Positions 1 to 13,527 of a stretch of 64,000 nt of DNA are shown here, piece by piece. The translations under genes and the position numbers were made by a program. Numbering within the stretch: the stretch's first letter is position 1; the number at the start of each line of letters is the position of its first letter. The notes under the pieces were generated by a model. The model saw only the letters and a list, made by a program, of their open reading frames with translations, was not told the DNA's origin and did not search any database. This stretch comes from Pristiophorus japonicus (Eukaryota): the NCBI RefSeq assembly GCF_044704955.1, contig NC_091990.1:27900001-27964000 (forward strand). Direction: 5' to 3'.

Positions 1-706
1 AGAAAAGGTACTGTGTTCTTCAAAATGTGCTGTTTTATGGTGATACTCATACTCCTTTACAATGTATGCGCAATATAATGAGAAACTAGTTTTATAACCG
101 AAAATCTAGCACCTTTGCATAAACTAGCCTTATACACTATCCTGTGATCGTGCCTTGTATTATTTGCTATCGCAATCACCGTCTCACTTGCTTGGTTTAT
201 AAACCATACCTGATCATATCATAAGATACAAATCTGAACCATTAAATTTAGCTGTGGGGGCAGATGGAAACAGAAACATATGCCACCGGTTGGCGGTATT
301 ACTGGAAGATGCAAATCTATGGTTTAACCTAGACCACAGAATATGAGCACAAATCCAAAGATTGTGCATATGGTATGAAACCAGAATTGTTTGAGAACGT
401 GGAAGCACAATTTTAGGGTTTTAATATAACACACGGAAAGACCAGCTGGTCCATCAAGGCTGCCCCACAATCATGATGGCTGGAGCATAATGACTAAACA
501 CTTCCTTCCTCTTCTCCACCCCTCCACCCCACCTCCTCCCCTCCACCATTCATTTTCCTGGGAGAGGGGGAAAAAAACAGAGACACAATGTTTCAATGGT
601 TTATCTTGTACGCACCAAAGCTGCTTCTGCTCTAGTAAAGACATTAACACTTAAAAACCAGAGAAGAAATGCATAATAATTTTAAATAAAAAAACAAGTT
701 AACAAG

Positions 707-1130
707 TTGGATAAGCTGGGTTTGTTTTCTTTGGAACAGAGGAGGCTGAGGGGAGACCTTATTGAGGTGTATAAAATTATGAGGGGCCTGGATAGAGTGG
801 ATAGGAAGGACCTGTTTCCCTGGGCAGGGGTGTCAACAACCAGGGGGCATAGATTTAAAGTAATTGGTAGGCGATTTAGAGGGAATTTGGGGGGGGGGAA
901 TTCTTTTCACCCAGAGGGTGGTGGGGGTCTGGAACTCATTGCCTGAAAGGGTGGCAGAGGCAGAAATCTTCACCACATTGAAAAAATACTTGGATGTGCA
1001 CCTGAAGTGCCGTAACCTACAAGGCTATGGACCAAGAGCTGGAAAGTAGGATTAGGCTGGATAGCTCTTTGTCAGACAACGCAGGCACGATGGGCAGAAA
1101 TGGACTCCTTCCATGCTGTAAATTTCTATA
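707..1130 (+). mobile_element. CR1 LINE 3' fragment
   Basis: ORF pieces LGLFSLEQRRLRGDLIEVYKIMRGLDRVD and FTQRVVGVWNSLP are the CR1 ORF2 C-terminus. Very similar to 55920-56330. Confidence 0.9.
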
Positions 1131-2065
1131 ATTTAACATTCTCAAGCAAGACGTTCAATCCCACCATCTCGGTACAGCGAATGATTAGGAAACATCTGGT
1201 TGTCATATAACAAAACACACCAGGGGAAACTTTCCAATGGGTTATCTCAATTTTTGGGTGTAACGGATCAGAAAAAGGGGCGATCTGTTATACTGGATCT
1301 TAAGATCATTTGGCACATTTGTGTGCATTTCCAATCATGAATTTGATGGCAGTTTCATTTCAATAATGATGAAATTGCCCTCAATTATGTAATTTAATAG
1401 TTCAAGCAATTTCCTAGCATTCAGAAATACTTGTTCCTGCTATTTAAATTGGGTATCTAGATTTGTAGGCACAGAAGTGGATTTAAAGAACCCCACTTGA
1501 ATATTTCAGCAACATGTTCAATCCATTTCTGAGCTCTTTTCCTTGCTTTTTTTGTTGCTATTGTCACTTAGTTGTTTGGAAGCCTTTACGGTAATTGTTG
1601 TAGCACAGCCATTTTTTTTGCAACACTAACAATGGGTTTCCCCGTGGGAATCACCCTGTACTTGTGCTTTTTACAGGAAGATGAGGAGGGCCAATGGAAA
1701 GAAGCCAAGCAGGTCAGCCTGCACTTACACATCAGTACCCAGAGACCTGCATTTACACAAGGGTGCAAGTACTTTCTTTTATCATGGAGCAGTGCATATC
1801 CAAAGGGAGGACATAACAGCAGACCGAATGTCATCAATGCAATATGTGAAGCTTTTATTAACCTTAATGCTGGGGGTTATTTTAAATCATCTCAATCATA
1901 GTACTCATGCTTTTAAGTGCTACTGAATGACAAAGGCATGCTAGGGAAATCAAAAGCCAACAAAGCTTGATTGGCCATACCTGCCAGGATGTCACCAACC
2001 ATATCGACAGACCAGGGCACACCTACTTGCAACAACCATAGAGAACACTCTTCAAAGGCTCCAGA

Positions 2066-2275
2066 AAGAACTTGTATTTATATAGCAGCTTGCCTCGCTT
2101 CAGGATATCCCAAGTGCTTCACAGCAAATTGGCTGCCACATTACTGTTGTAATGTGGCAGCCAATTTGCACACAGCTAAGTTCCACAAACAGCAATGAGA
2201 TAATGATCAGAAAATCTGTGCTTAAAGGATAAATGTTGGCCTGGACACTGGGAGAACTCCCCTGCTCTTCTTTGT
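2066..2275 (-). mobile_element. DeuSINE (SacSINE1-like) 3' fragment
   Basis: Reverse-oriented tail (aagaacttgtatttatatagc) plus gcagccaatttgcacacagc and ggacactgggagaactcccc blocks shared with the copy at 57752-58203. Confidence 0.7.
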
Positions 2276-3249
2276 ACAGTCCAGATCAGTAGAGAACCAG
2301 AAGCAGGGCTGTTACTACACACCACAGGGCTAGCACTGCCAGTTGCAATAATAGTTAGCTGCAGCCTCAACTCAGCCTACAACTTTCCAGGCATGACGCA
2401 ATGCTGTTCTACAGAATGTCTGTATCAAACTGGGTCAACGGTTTTGCAACAACCTCATTCAGTACCACCTTTACTTCACCAGGCACTAAAAGGTGGATCT
2501 GATGCTTAACTGCTAAATCATTTGCCTGTAAATTCTGCATTGTGTATTCACATTTGGTTTCTTTTCCAGTCATTTTTGCTTGCTGCTTACCCATCTCCCC
2601 ATAATCTTGACCATGGATGCTAATGGATTGAAATGTCTCTTAAACCTTTCCAAAGGCTCTTAAGAATTTTTCATCCCGATGCAGCTACTTAAGAGCCCCA
2701 TCCCTTCAAATATTACCAGGGCCAGAAAATACCCTAGCTTCTCTAAACTACAATATTGTATTTTTAGAATATAAAAATCATATTAGATACATTGATCTAC
2801 ATCACATGCAACTGTACAGAACTCCTGATAGATATTTGAATGTATTTTCTTAACCTTTGTTTATAGGTTCTCTCACATTAAACATTCCCTTGCCAATACC
2901 ATTCACTACAGCAGACCCAGCTCTGAATCTTCTTTCCCTTTCCCTGATCTCTGCTCCATGCTACCTCCTGAAAGGAAGGATAGACCAGGAACTCCCTGCA
3001 TGCAGCAACTCTGGGCCCAAGTCTACCTCTTCTTAAGTTTGCTTAACTCCTTTCATCTCATCCTCGGGACTACAAATAAAGTTCAAATATACAACTGAGG
3101 GTGCAGAGCATTCGACAATATATCACCTTTTAGTTTATTTGTGCTCTAAAACAATACACACAAAGGACCTCTTTTTCTTTTCGTGCCTAAAGTTGTAACA
3201 AATACAGCACCTGTCTGTGGCCTATCAAACACAGCTGCTTCTATAGTAC

Positions 3250-3468
3250 AACATCAACTTGCATTTATACAGTGCATTTAATGGAGTAAAAAGTCCCAAG
3301 GCGCTTCACAGGAGCGATTATCAAACAATATTTGACACCGAGCCACATAAGGAGAAATTAGGATAGGTGACAAAAGGTTTGGCCAAAGAGGTAAGTTTTA
3401 AGGAGCACCTTAAAGGAGGAGCGAGAGGTAGAGAAGCAGAGGGGTTTATGGAGTGAATTCCAGAGCTT
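3250..3468 (-). mobile_element. L2-type LINE 3' end
   Basis: Near-identical to 58287-58490 and to the reverse complement of 30695-30925. Typical tail sequence. Confidence 0.75.
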
Positions 3469-5559
3469 TTCCAGTTATCTTATCAACTGATAGTAACAAT
3501 TCCCCCAACAACATATACTCATTTGATCCGCACTATATTTCCAGTAGAATATCAATCAGTTCTCTTGCAGCTGCTTTTTCTGACGTGACTGTAAACTGTA
3601 CAGAGTACATCACTCTGGAAAATGACACCCGCACAATGTTTTTATTTCCAGGATTCTGCTCCAACTGTAGTACTTGCATTCAAAATCAAAAGTTAAAATT
3701 CACATTCCTTAAGCAGAATTCAAGGATTATACCCCTAAGTGTTGATCAACAATCATTTATTCTTGTACACCATCTTTTACTTGACTTCTCCATCTCCATG
3801 ACACAAATCATTTACCTGTGGAAAGGCACTCCAGTGACCTGACCCAGACCTCTCTGTGTGCCTCTGTAACTTGCCACAAGCAAATGCAAGACTGATGGAG
3901 AAGGATTCAATGGTCAATCTTCCATCCCTCCATATTAGAAAGTGCCTCAGTGAAGTGGGCTGGCTTACCACTTGGGTTAGCCCTTCATCTCCAGTTAGTT
4001 AATTATCATAAGCAAGCTCATCATGGAAGCTAATAGACCTAGTCATCACACCCATTTCTCCCTCTATCAGTCCCTCCAGCTTGTTGACATTCAGCACAAA
4101 TATCTACCATCTCATCACTGGTCTCCTATGTAGTCTTTTTCCAACTAGAACCCACACCATCACCTTTCAATCTACCAATGTACAGCCATGTTTCCATCCC
4201 ATCACCAGCTTTTCCAATTATTTTTGGACTACTCACTAAAATATTAAGTTGCTGGTTAAATATAAACAGTTTGAAGAAAGGTTTTATTGTTTTGAAATTC
4301 TAGCTTCACCGAGAAGGACCCAATTTAGTCTTGATCCAGCCTCACTGGAGCTCCAACATACTCTGAGTCATGGCGCAGTAAGATCCATGTCTCTGCCCTC
4401 ATCTCATCCTGCTTAAGAATGAGAGGATTTGGCCAGTCTTACAAAACCGAAGAAGAAAATGTTCAAATAAAATAAAGTTGATTGAAGGCCTTAAATGGCA
4501 CTGTGCAAAATTGGAATATGAATACCTAATGTGTATGAAATTATATTGTCCATATTTTAATGGAGGTGGTTAACCAGTTTTAAATAGGCTAATAACACCA
4601 TTAAAATAACAGTGAAAGCAATCTTGTCTAAATATGAAACTGCATAATTTCAAGCCAAAGTGTTTAAATTAAAGATGTTATGATTGTACTCGGGAGTTAA
4701 TTTTAATAAGTATTCCTGTTTTTTTTTAAAGTGGTCCGATTGAGCACATTGTTTATGTAATATATAGTATAGTGACAAAGACATTAACCAAATTAGACAA
4801 CTCATGTATTCAACATTGTAGATCTAAAGAATTATATGTCAAACAACTGAACTCGACTATGTTTTTCAACAGGTTTTTTTTTGGGGGGGGGGGTGCGGGG
4901 GACTCTATACAACATAATCAATTTAAACATTCTGTATTATAGTCAAGCCTCATTCATTTGGTGTCCCAACACCAATTTTGCTTCAAACATGTAATCTCTT
5001 GAGCCGGAGCCAACTCCAATAAAAATAGATATGTAGCAGAGGTTGGCGTGTCTAAATTATTTTGTAATCTGTCCAATATTTTTGACCTTATGAATCGCAC
5101 ATCGCTGAAAATTAATGGCTGTAGAATAAATCCCAACCTCAGTACAAGATCAGACATCTCAGATATTTAACTTTACACTGCCCCGTATCTCCTTGATGGC
5201 GAATACTGTTTCAGAAAAACTGCTGTGCGAAAAACGATAACCGAATGGGACAGATCTTAAAACAGGAGCATTCAAAAAAAAACTGTAAACAATGCACACC
5301 GAAAATCTCCGGCTAGCGGGTGACCCGCACTGTATGGGGATTGTTTTATTACAGTTCAGTTCGCAGGAAATTATGTACAGTGAGAATCTGAGAGAGAAAT
5401 ATCCGAGCGTTGCACAAAAGATCTATTTACATTTAAACTGTCCGTAAACTCCGCGCAGAGGAACCCCCTTTGGATGCAACACGGGAGTATTGTTGTCCTG
5501 AAAACTAGCGACCAAAACACTGCCAACAATGTGGATCTCACAATAATAACCTCCCCCTT

Positions 5560-5870
5560 CTCCCGGGGAGATCCGGCGGCCACAACATCCTTCCCGCAGC
5601 TCGGGCTCAGAACTCACCGGTGTCCTGGCGGCTGGAGCTCGGCGGCCCGTCCGTTACAGCCAGAGCTGCGAGTTATAGGAAAGCCAAAGTCTCGGCTCCA
5701 TCATTCGCCATGACAGATTGTGAGGAGTTCTCACCTCTGACCTCTCACCTCCCTCCCTCCCTCCCTCCCTCGCTCGTCCCCGCCCCCCTCCCCGCGCGCT
5801 CAAACCCACCGGAACTGCATCCGGCGCGAGGCGAGAGTGCGCGAGGCGCCCGTGCAGCGTGCAGGCGGCC
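5560..5870. promoter_or_regulatory. CpG island / promoter of the minus-strand gene
   Basis: Sharp CpG/GC enrichment against an AT-rich, CpG-poor background. Contains a (CCCT)n tract, a GC box and an ETS-like CCGGAA. Confidence 0.65.
5618..5790 (-). other. Putative first (5'UTR) exon of an unidentified minus-strand gene
   Basis: Lies in a CpG-rich island. Strong minus-strand donor CG|GTGAGT at 5618/5617. GC box (cccgcccc at about 5778-5786) nearby. The 5' end is estimated, and no downstream coding exon was recognised in 1-5600. Confidence 0.55.
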
Positions 5871-6303
5871 TGCAGGCTTGTCCCAGTGCAAGAGCGCGGC
5901 CAGTGCTGCAGGCTTGTCCCAGTGCAAGAGCGCGGCCAGTGCTGCAGGCTTGTCCCAGTGCACCAGTTCCAGTGCAAGAGCGCGGCCAGTGCACCAGGCT
6001 TGTCCCAGTGCACCAGATCCAGTGCAAGAGCGCGGCCAGTGCTGCAGGCTTGTCCCAGTGTTCCAGTTCCAGTGCAAGAGCGCGGCCAGTGCTGCAGGCT
6101 TGTCCCAGTGCACCAATTCCAATGCAAGAGCGCGGCCAGTGCTGCAGGCTTGTCCCAGTGCAAGAGCGCGGCCAGTGCACCAGTTCCAGTGCAAGAGCGC
6201 GGCTAGTGCTGCAGGCTTGTCCCAGTGCAAGAGCGCGGCCAGTGCTGCAGGCTTGTCCCAGTGCACCAGTTCCAATTCCAGTGCTAGAGCGCGGCCAGTG
6301 CAA
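5868..6303. repeat. GC-rich modular minisatellite (36-bp basic unit)
   Basis: Unit GCTGCAGGCTTGTCCCAGTGCAAGAGCGCGGCCAGT with an optional GCACCAGTTCCAGT module. Explains the long repetitive ORFs on both strands. Confidence 0.95.
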
Positions 6304-6629
6304 AGGAGTATTTAGCAATCCTTTCAACAACAGAAAGTCAGAAACATCGGCCTTTTTTTTTTTGGGGGGGGGGAGGGATTTTTTTGTGACAGCCGGAGTG
6401 TTTGACAGCCGCTTATTATTATAACTGCCAATTCCCACTGTGCTTGTAGTGAGGCTCACTCACTCACTTTGGATTAAACATGACCTATTTATGTAGCTTC
6501 TAATGTATTAAACAATCCTCCTGCGCGTGCATGCATTTTGGCTGTCAGCATTTTCAATTATAAATGTCAAGGTCCCAAGTTTATGATGGGAACTGATTAT
6601 GCCAACTTATTATTCTGTAATTGCACCCT

Positions 6630-6737
6630 CCCACATTACGACAGTGACTACACTCCAAAAAGTACTTCATTGGCTGTAAATCGCTTTGAGACGTCCGGTG
6701 GTCGTTAAAGGCGCTATAGAAATGCAAGTCTTTCTTT
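6630..6737 (+). mobile_element. DeuSINE 3' tail fragment
   Basis: acattacgacagtgactacactccaaaa...aaaggcgctatagaaatgcaagtctttc, the same tail as other copies (14826-14900, 51325-51403). Confidence 0.75.
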
Positions 6738-6903
6738 TCCCCCCATGGAGACACTGCAGACCCGCCACTGGCAGGAGGGTGTAATTACATTGTAACAAGT
6801 TTACATCGTTTTCATTATAAATGTGGATATATGGGAATATTAAAATTGTGCCGGCATTACAACTGCGAGTTATGACATGGGCTGCGGAATTTTGGAGTTT
6901 ACG

Positions 6904-8023
6904 TAGGGTGGAATGTGGTAGGCGAGCCAGGAATAACTAACTGACAGAAAATAGAGAGTCGGGATAAATGGTTCATTCTCTGGTTGGCAATCAGTAACTA
7001 GTGGGGTGCCGCAGGGATCAGTGCTGGGACCCCACTATTTACAATCTATATTAACAACTTGGAAGAAGGGATTGAGTGTAACATAGCCAAGTTTGCTGAG
7101 ATACAAAGATGGGAGGAAAAGCAATATGTGAGGAGGACACAAAAAATCTGCAAAAGGACATAGACAGGCTAAGTGAGTGGGCAAAAATTTGGCAGATGGA
7201 GTATAATGTTGAAAAGTGTGAGGTCATGCACTTTGGCAGAAAAAAAGTCAAAGAGCAAGTTATTATTTAAATGGAGGAAGATTGCAAAGTACTGCAGTAC
7301 AGCGGGACATGGGGGTACTTGTGCATGAAACACAAAAGGATAGTCTGCAGGTACAGCAAGTGATCAGGAAGGCCAATGGAATCTTGGCGTTTATTGCAAA
7401 GGGGATGGAATATAAAAGCAGGGAATTCTTGCTACAGCTATACAGGGTATTGGTGAGGCCACACCTGGAATACTGCGTGCAGTTTTGGTTTCCATATTTA
7501 CGAAAGGATATACTTGCTTTGGAGACAGTTCAGAGAAGGTTCACTAGGTTGATTCTGGAGATGAGGAGATTGACATGAGGAAAGGTTGAGTAGGTTGGGC
7601 CTCTACTCATTGGAATTCAGAAGAATGAGAGGTGATCTTATCAAAACGTATAAGATTGAGGGGGCTTGACAAGGTGGATGCAGAGAGGATGTTTCCACTG
7701 ATGGGGGAGACTAGAACTAGAGGGCATGATCTTAGAATAAAGGGCTGCCCATTTAAAACTGAGATGAGGAAAAATTTCTTCTCTCAGAGGGTTGTAAATC
7801 TGTGGAAGTCGCTGCCACAGCGAGCTGTGGAAGCTGGGATATTGAATAAATTTAAGACAGAAATAGACAGTTTCTTAAATGATAAAAGGATAAGGGGTTA
7901 TGGGGAGCGGGCGGGGAAGTGGAGCTGAGTCCATGATCAGATCAGCCATGATCTTATTGAATGGCAGAGCAGGCTCGAGGAGCCGTATGGCCTACTCCTG
8001 TTCCTATTTCTTATGTTCTTATG
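6904..8023 (+). mobile_element. CR1 LINE, 5'-truncated and decayed
   Basis: SGVPQGSVLGP region, LVRPHLEYCVQFW and FFSQRVVNLW motifs, (ttcttatg)n tail. Frameshifted. Confidence 0.95.
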
Positions 8024-8562
8024 TAGTACATTAGAGTAGTCAAGTCTAGAGGTAATAAAGGCATGGATGAGGGTTTCAGCAGCAGATGAACTGAGGCAGG
8101 GGTGGGCCAGGTAATGTTATGGAGGTGGAAATAGGAGGTTTTAGTTATGAAGCGGATATGTGGACAGAAGCTAATTTCAGGGTCAAATTAGGTTGCGAAC
8201 AGTCTGGTTCAGCCTCTGACAGATGCTTGGGAGAGGGATGGAGGCTAGGGAACGCAGTGTGTGGTGGTACCAAAGACAATGGCTTCGGTCTTCCCAATAT
8301 TTAATTGGAGAACATTTCTGCTCATCCAGTACTGGATGTCGGACAAGCTGTCAAACAATTTAGAGACCGCGGAGGAGTCGAGAGAAGTGGTGGTGAGGTG
8401 GAGCTGGGTATCGTCAGTGTACATATGGAAACTGACGCCGTGTTTTTGGCTGATGTCGCCAAAGGGCAGCATATAGATGATAGGTCCTTGGGGGACACCA
8501 GAGGTAACGATGCGGGATTGTGAAAAAAAGCCACTGCAGCTGATTTTCTGGCTACGATTAGA
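8024..8562 (-). mobile_element. L2-type LINE RT fragment
   Basis: Minus ORF with SGVPQG...HMYTDDTQL...LQLNIGKTE, an RT signature with a degenerate YADD. Confidence 0.85.
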
Positions 8563-11500
8563 CCATGAGTGTCTCAGTGAGGATTGTTCAAACTGATTGG
8601 TTGAAGAGCCTTGCTGACTCTTTTTTTTTATCACATACACCACAGATGCCCTGTAGAGGACAAAGTGCTGGATCAGACACTCGATGACAGCAAGTCCACA
8701 TTGAAAAATCCGCAAAAACTCTGTGGGCAGCTGTCAACATAGTGAACGGCGAGCGATGTTCCTTTGTCATTGACCGCAAAGTCCAGGCCAATAAAAAAAT
8801 CTTAACATCTGTGTGTACATTCTGTCAACTTTCTATTCTAAATTCCTAAGTCCATATTTATAATGGAAACTGCCTATGGAAGCATGTCACATTGTATTCA
8901 CACCTTCTCACGCTCTTTCCACCCCCACTCCACCCCACCCTCCTAGTGGAGGCACTGTAATCCCACCACTGGATGGAAGGTGAAATCAGTGACAAGTTTA
9001 TATAGGCAGTTCCATTATAAATATGGAAATGGAAATATTTAAAATAAGGGACAGAATGTACGATTTTAAAATGGCGTCTGAATTTCATCAGTGCCCCCCC
9101 TAGCCTAATTGCCCTTCATCTTACCTGAAAGCTGCACTTGGTTTTGACTTCTCGTAATCTCAGGAATTGACCAAGGGCCTGACACTTGGATACCCAACCC
9201 ATGCCATGGGACCCTCTCATGGCGGGCCAATCTTGATTAATTGAACATAGCTATAAAGGTAGGGCTATCTCAGCACTCAAAGCAGCACTCCATGACCTCT
9301 ATTCAAACTACAGGACTACGTGGCTTATAATTAATCCTTGAATAACCGTGGCTCTATAGTGATCCCTTGCTCAGGGGAGCGATTATGACCTTCCATAGAT
9401 TTAGTTATTGGGGCTCTCAACAACCTCTCCAATGACAGATTGTACACCACAGAGATACCATTGCTCTTGGACACATACTTCAACAAAAAAAAAAACAGCT
9501 TGTCATTGGCACTGGCAGGGATTTGGTCACAATGCTGTAAGCACTGATAAAATAATACTTGGACTGGAACCACTTGTTAATAAGAATTTCAACACATATA
9601 TTTTTGCATCTTTTTATCCAATACGATGGGTGTCCAATACATTAGCCACGAGGAGTAATTGGGAATCCAGATGTGGGTAATTGTATTTCTGATTAGTAAA
9701 TAAGTAATAGACACTGTCATTTGGCATGTAATCTCAATACTCATATTTGCATGGCATTTGCATGTGAACTTTAACTTTTTTGTGCGTTTGTTGGTAAAAT
9801 GTTAAGATGAAAAGCAAAGTGTGTTGTGTTTTTGACTGATGTGAATGCTTTTCTTCCTTGGTTAGTGAATGGTGATAGATGTTTGTTAAGTAAATATACA
9901 CAAGTGAAGTACATTTACCTGTATAGTATGAGTGTATCTAAAATGTTTTCTCATAAAATTAATGCATGCAGCTAAAACCATGTTGCCATCCATCTGTGCT
10001 AGTCAGCAGTTTCTATTGAGCAACACTGATCTAATATAATCTTTCCTCTCACTTTCTTTGGTTTTGATTTATGTTTATGAATTTTCCAATATGATGGAAT
10101 TGATTTCCTCTGAAACATTTTAGAATTTTAATTTATGATATTTTACAGTTTCCACCCCAAAGACTCTCTTAATTCATTTCCATCAAGCACATCAGGCACA
10201 CTTGAAAGTGTCACACACGCACAGTCTCTGTCATACTTGCACTTTCATCATTTCACCTACCATGTTTCTAAAATAACTATAAATATAAATGAACCAATAG
10301 AGTAACTATCAATGAACTGGGAACATCTTAAAAAGATATAAAAACAAAAGTGAGAAAAACAGTAATTTTCTGCATTTATTTTCTAAGCTGGCCTTTCCCC
10401 AAAGGTAGGAACCAGGGATTTACAATCAGCTGCCAATTGCGAGACAAACTTCCCTTAGCAACAGTAATGAATACAGGATGGAATCTTAAATTGATGTACC
10501 AAATTAAACAGAGCCACTTTGGCAGAGGAATAATACATTGTGTGTTATGTGATATAACACTCCTCTCACTTTAAAACAATGCATCCTTAAACTTGCCATC
10601 AGTAACGCAATGGAGGTCAGCCTATAATTTCCCTCTCTGTTATTGGTTTGTTCTCAGTCAGACCTCTTTCTTCAAAATTTGATGTCCGTTCTCTTCCTAT
10701 TTGAGTTAATTGTTGGGGCTGGTAATAGTATTCATCAAAAAATGTAAATCTGGTAGCAGAGGAGCTCTGTGAAATTTCAGCAATAGTCAATGGGCTGAGC
10801 AGCTTTTAATGGTTGGACTCATTTGTTCTGGCCGAAGTTAATGCATTAATTCAGATAATAATATTTGTTGGACTCCGTTGAGTCTTTTGCATCTGAGGGA
10901 GGATTAGTTCATTAGGGGGCACATCTCAAAAACGTCACCAAGTTGTTTATGATCTGTATTCATTTACAGATTGTTGCGGTCAACAATCAGATATGTGATG
11001 GACTGCTGTTAAAATTAAAAATGAGGTACCATGGACAAATAACTGAGTGTTGTGGTACCAATCTCACTGATCCCATGATAAAATTGGCAGATATCATTCA
11101 GGCTTGGACGCAATGTACTCTGAAAAGCTTCTGTACACTCTGGTACATAAATAGAATGGAGTCTCTGAATCTGTGTTTGTATAGTTCTGTTTGACCAGTC
11201 TTGGGTACATGAACAGATAGAGTTCATTGTTATTCCTATGAATATTCGCTCAGCCTGGATTAAAAGAACTGCTTGACAATATACTTCTAGCCCCTAATGC
11301 AAAAGAAAAGATTATGTTCACTAAGGCTACCAATTTAGTGAGAATGTTAAATCCCCAAACCTAGCTAATGTGGAATAGAATTTTGATCACTGTCCCATTG
11401 ATCCACTCGTAGTGTTGAAAACTTCAATCAAATCATCTCAAAATTTAATCTTTTCCAAAGAAAATAATCCCACCTTCCTTAAACTTTCTTCATAACAGAA

Positions 11501-12249
11501 TGTAGCCCATGCTGATAAAATATCCTTAAGCAATGACATCATGGGAAAAAATAAAATAGAGGACAAGACAATTAATGGGGAATGCAATATTTTGCTACAA
11601 AATATCTGAAAGTCTAGTATTTTAAAGTTGCTGAAGACTATCTTTATGAACAATTTCACATGTTATGTACATTATCTAATGAAGTACAATAAGCTTTAAT
11701 TAATCTGTGAATCGTCAAAATTTACTGCAGTTCCAAAACTGATAAATATTTGTATTATTTCAAGTAATGCACTGTACCAAGAGGTACAATGTCAATGTTT
11801 CAATCCATTTGTTTGATAGTACAGAATTTCCAACCATTTATTATAGTATTGAAATGATCAAACAAAAAATATTGCGTTTTCTAAACATAGATTAGCTCAG
11901 CTATATGGAGCCATATGCATAGAACAGCATGCAGTTAGACACAGAACAAACACACACAAAGCCATATGCACAGAACAGCAAATATACATTAATATAGTAA
12001 CATAAACATAGTATGTAATAAAGAAGTTATGAGTACTGTTTTGCAACGTGAACATGAACCAATAGCAACAACAATAGCATATCTTATTCATAAATATAAA
12101 TTCTAAATATTGAAAAACTAGAGTCGCATACAGAATAATGAATGGTTTATAAATATATTGATTTTGATCTGTTACCTTCTATATTGCTTAAAAGCTGCAT
12201 TTTCACTTATTGGTGAAATATGGCCAAAATTATGTCAGTATATGGGTTT

Positions 12250-12975
12250 GGACACTGAGCTCAGGATTGAATAGGATGCCTAGATTGCAAACAGTCGGGT
12301 TCAGCCTGAGACAGTGACCGTGGCAGGAGATGGAATTGGTGGCAAGGGTAAGTATTTTATTGCTGGAGCAGAAGCCAATGGCTTCAGTCTTCCCAATGTT
12401 TAACTGGAGGAAGTACTGGTTTATCCAAGACTGGATGTTGGACAAGCAGTGTAACAACAGAGATAGCGGAAGGCTTGCGAGAGGTATTAGAAAGGTAGAG
12501 CTGACCCCATGTCTGCAGATGATGTCACCAAGGAGCAGCATGTAGCTGAGGATGAGAAGGGGGGCAATGATGGATTTTTGGGGTCTCTGGAAATAACAGT
12601 GTAGGGGTGGGAAGAGAAGCCATTTCTGGAGATGCTCTGGCTATAATTGGATAGGTAAGTGGAACCAAGCAAGGTCAGTCTCACTGAGCTGGAAAATGGA
12701 GAAGTGTTGGAGGAGGATGATGTGGTTGACTGTGATCAAAGGCTGCAGAAAGATCAAACAAATTGAATCTCCTGGAAAAGATGAGCTCGAGATGGCATGA
12801 AGGGAGATAGGAAAGAACTAGAGAAGGATATAGGTGGGGGAAGTTTGGGGGAAGTTTTTTTTATTGGGCAAAGTGAAGGGGGTAAGCAGCAGAGGAAGCT
12901 GGACAGATGGTCTCAATCTTAAATGACAAAGAAGACCATGAGCTCTTCATACTTGTTGATGGTGAGGATGGAAGA
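12250..12975 (-). mobile_element. L2-type LINE RT fragment
   Basis: LGDIICRHGVS...FLQLNIGKTEAI...LGILF, homologous to 8024-8562. Confidence 0.8.
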
Positions 12976-12979
12976 GGCA

Positions 12980-13527
12980 TTTTCAGCTGCTTCATCAAAG
13001 ACTTATCAATCTGTCATAGGGTCAGGACTGATGTTGCTTACTGATGATTCCAGCATTCAGTTCCATTCGCAATTGCTCTGATGTTGAAACAGATAATGCC
13101 AGCCTACAGCAGGACCTGGACAATATCCAGGCTTGGGTTGACAAATGGCAGATAACATTTCCACCATGTAGGTGTTAGATGATGACCATTTCAACAAGAA
13201 AAAGCTCAATCAACTCCCTGACCACCACTGCCGAGTCCTCCTCCATTCACAATTTGGAAATCACCCTTGACTAGAAGCTTAATTGCATCACCCATATCAA
13301 TGCTACATGAACAAGGCAGAATCTGGGTACTCTGAGACATGTCTTTACGTTCTGATCCTTCAAAATTTCTCGACGATCTATCAAGAGTATGTTGGAATAC
13401 TCACTGCTCACCTGAATAGTTGCAGCTGCAACAAACTCAAGAATCTCAACACCACCCTAGATAGAACTTGATCCTGCTCCTGGGCTCAATATCCACTACT
13501 CCACCACCAGTGCGCTGTGGTTGTAAA
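12980..13527 (+). mobile_element. Decayed CR1-group LINE fragment (second family)
   Basis: cagcaggacctggacaatatccaggcttgggttgacaaatggcag (QQDLDNIQAWVDKWQ), homologous to 32850-34680. Confidence 0.75.

Noticed and set aside
205-260. Possible 42-nt minus-strand exon (CAG acceptor near 252, CAG|GTATGG donor near 210)
   Set aside because: Splice-like signals alone, with no recognisable coding content. Cannot be supported.
1677-1712. Exon-like 36-nt segment on + (EDEEGQWKEAKQ)
   Set aside because: No associated + strand gene or recognisable homology. Likely chance.
2409-2594. Minus ORF starting MGKQ, like hippocalcin/neurocalcin
   Set aside because: Similarity ends after four residues. No EF-hand and no convincing splice sites.
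5868-6303. CRISPR-like appearance of the repeat arrays (also 50913-51330)
   Set aside because: No unique spacers, no cas genes, and the context is vertebrate.
5620-6459. Long Cys/Ala-rich ORFs in most frames
   Set aside because: Artefact of a minisatellite with almost no stop codons. The frame shifts between modules and there is no domain signal.
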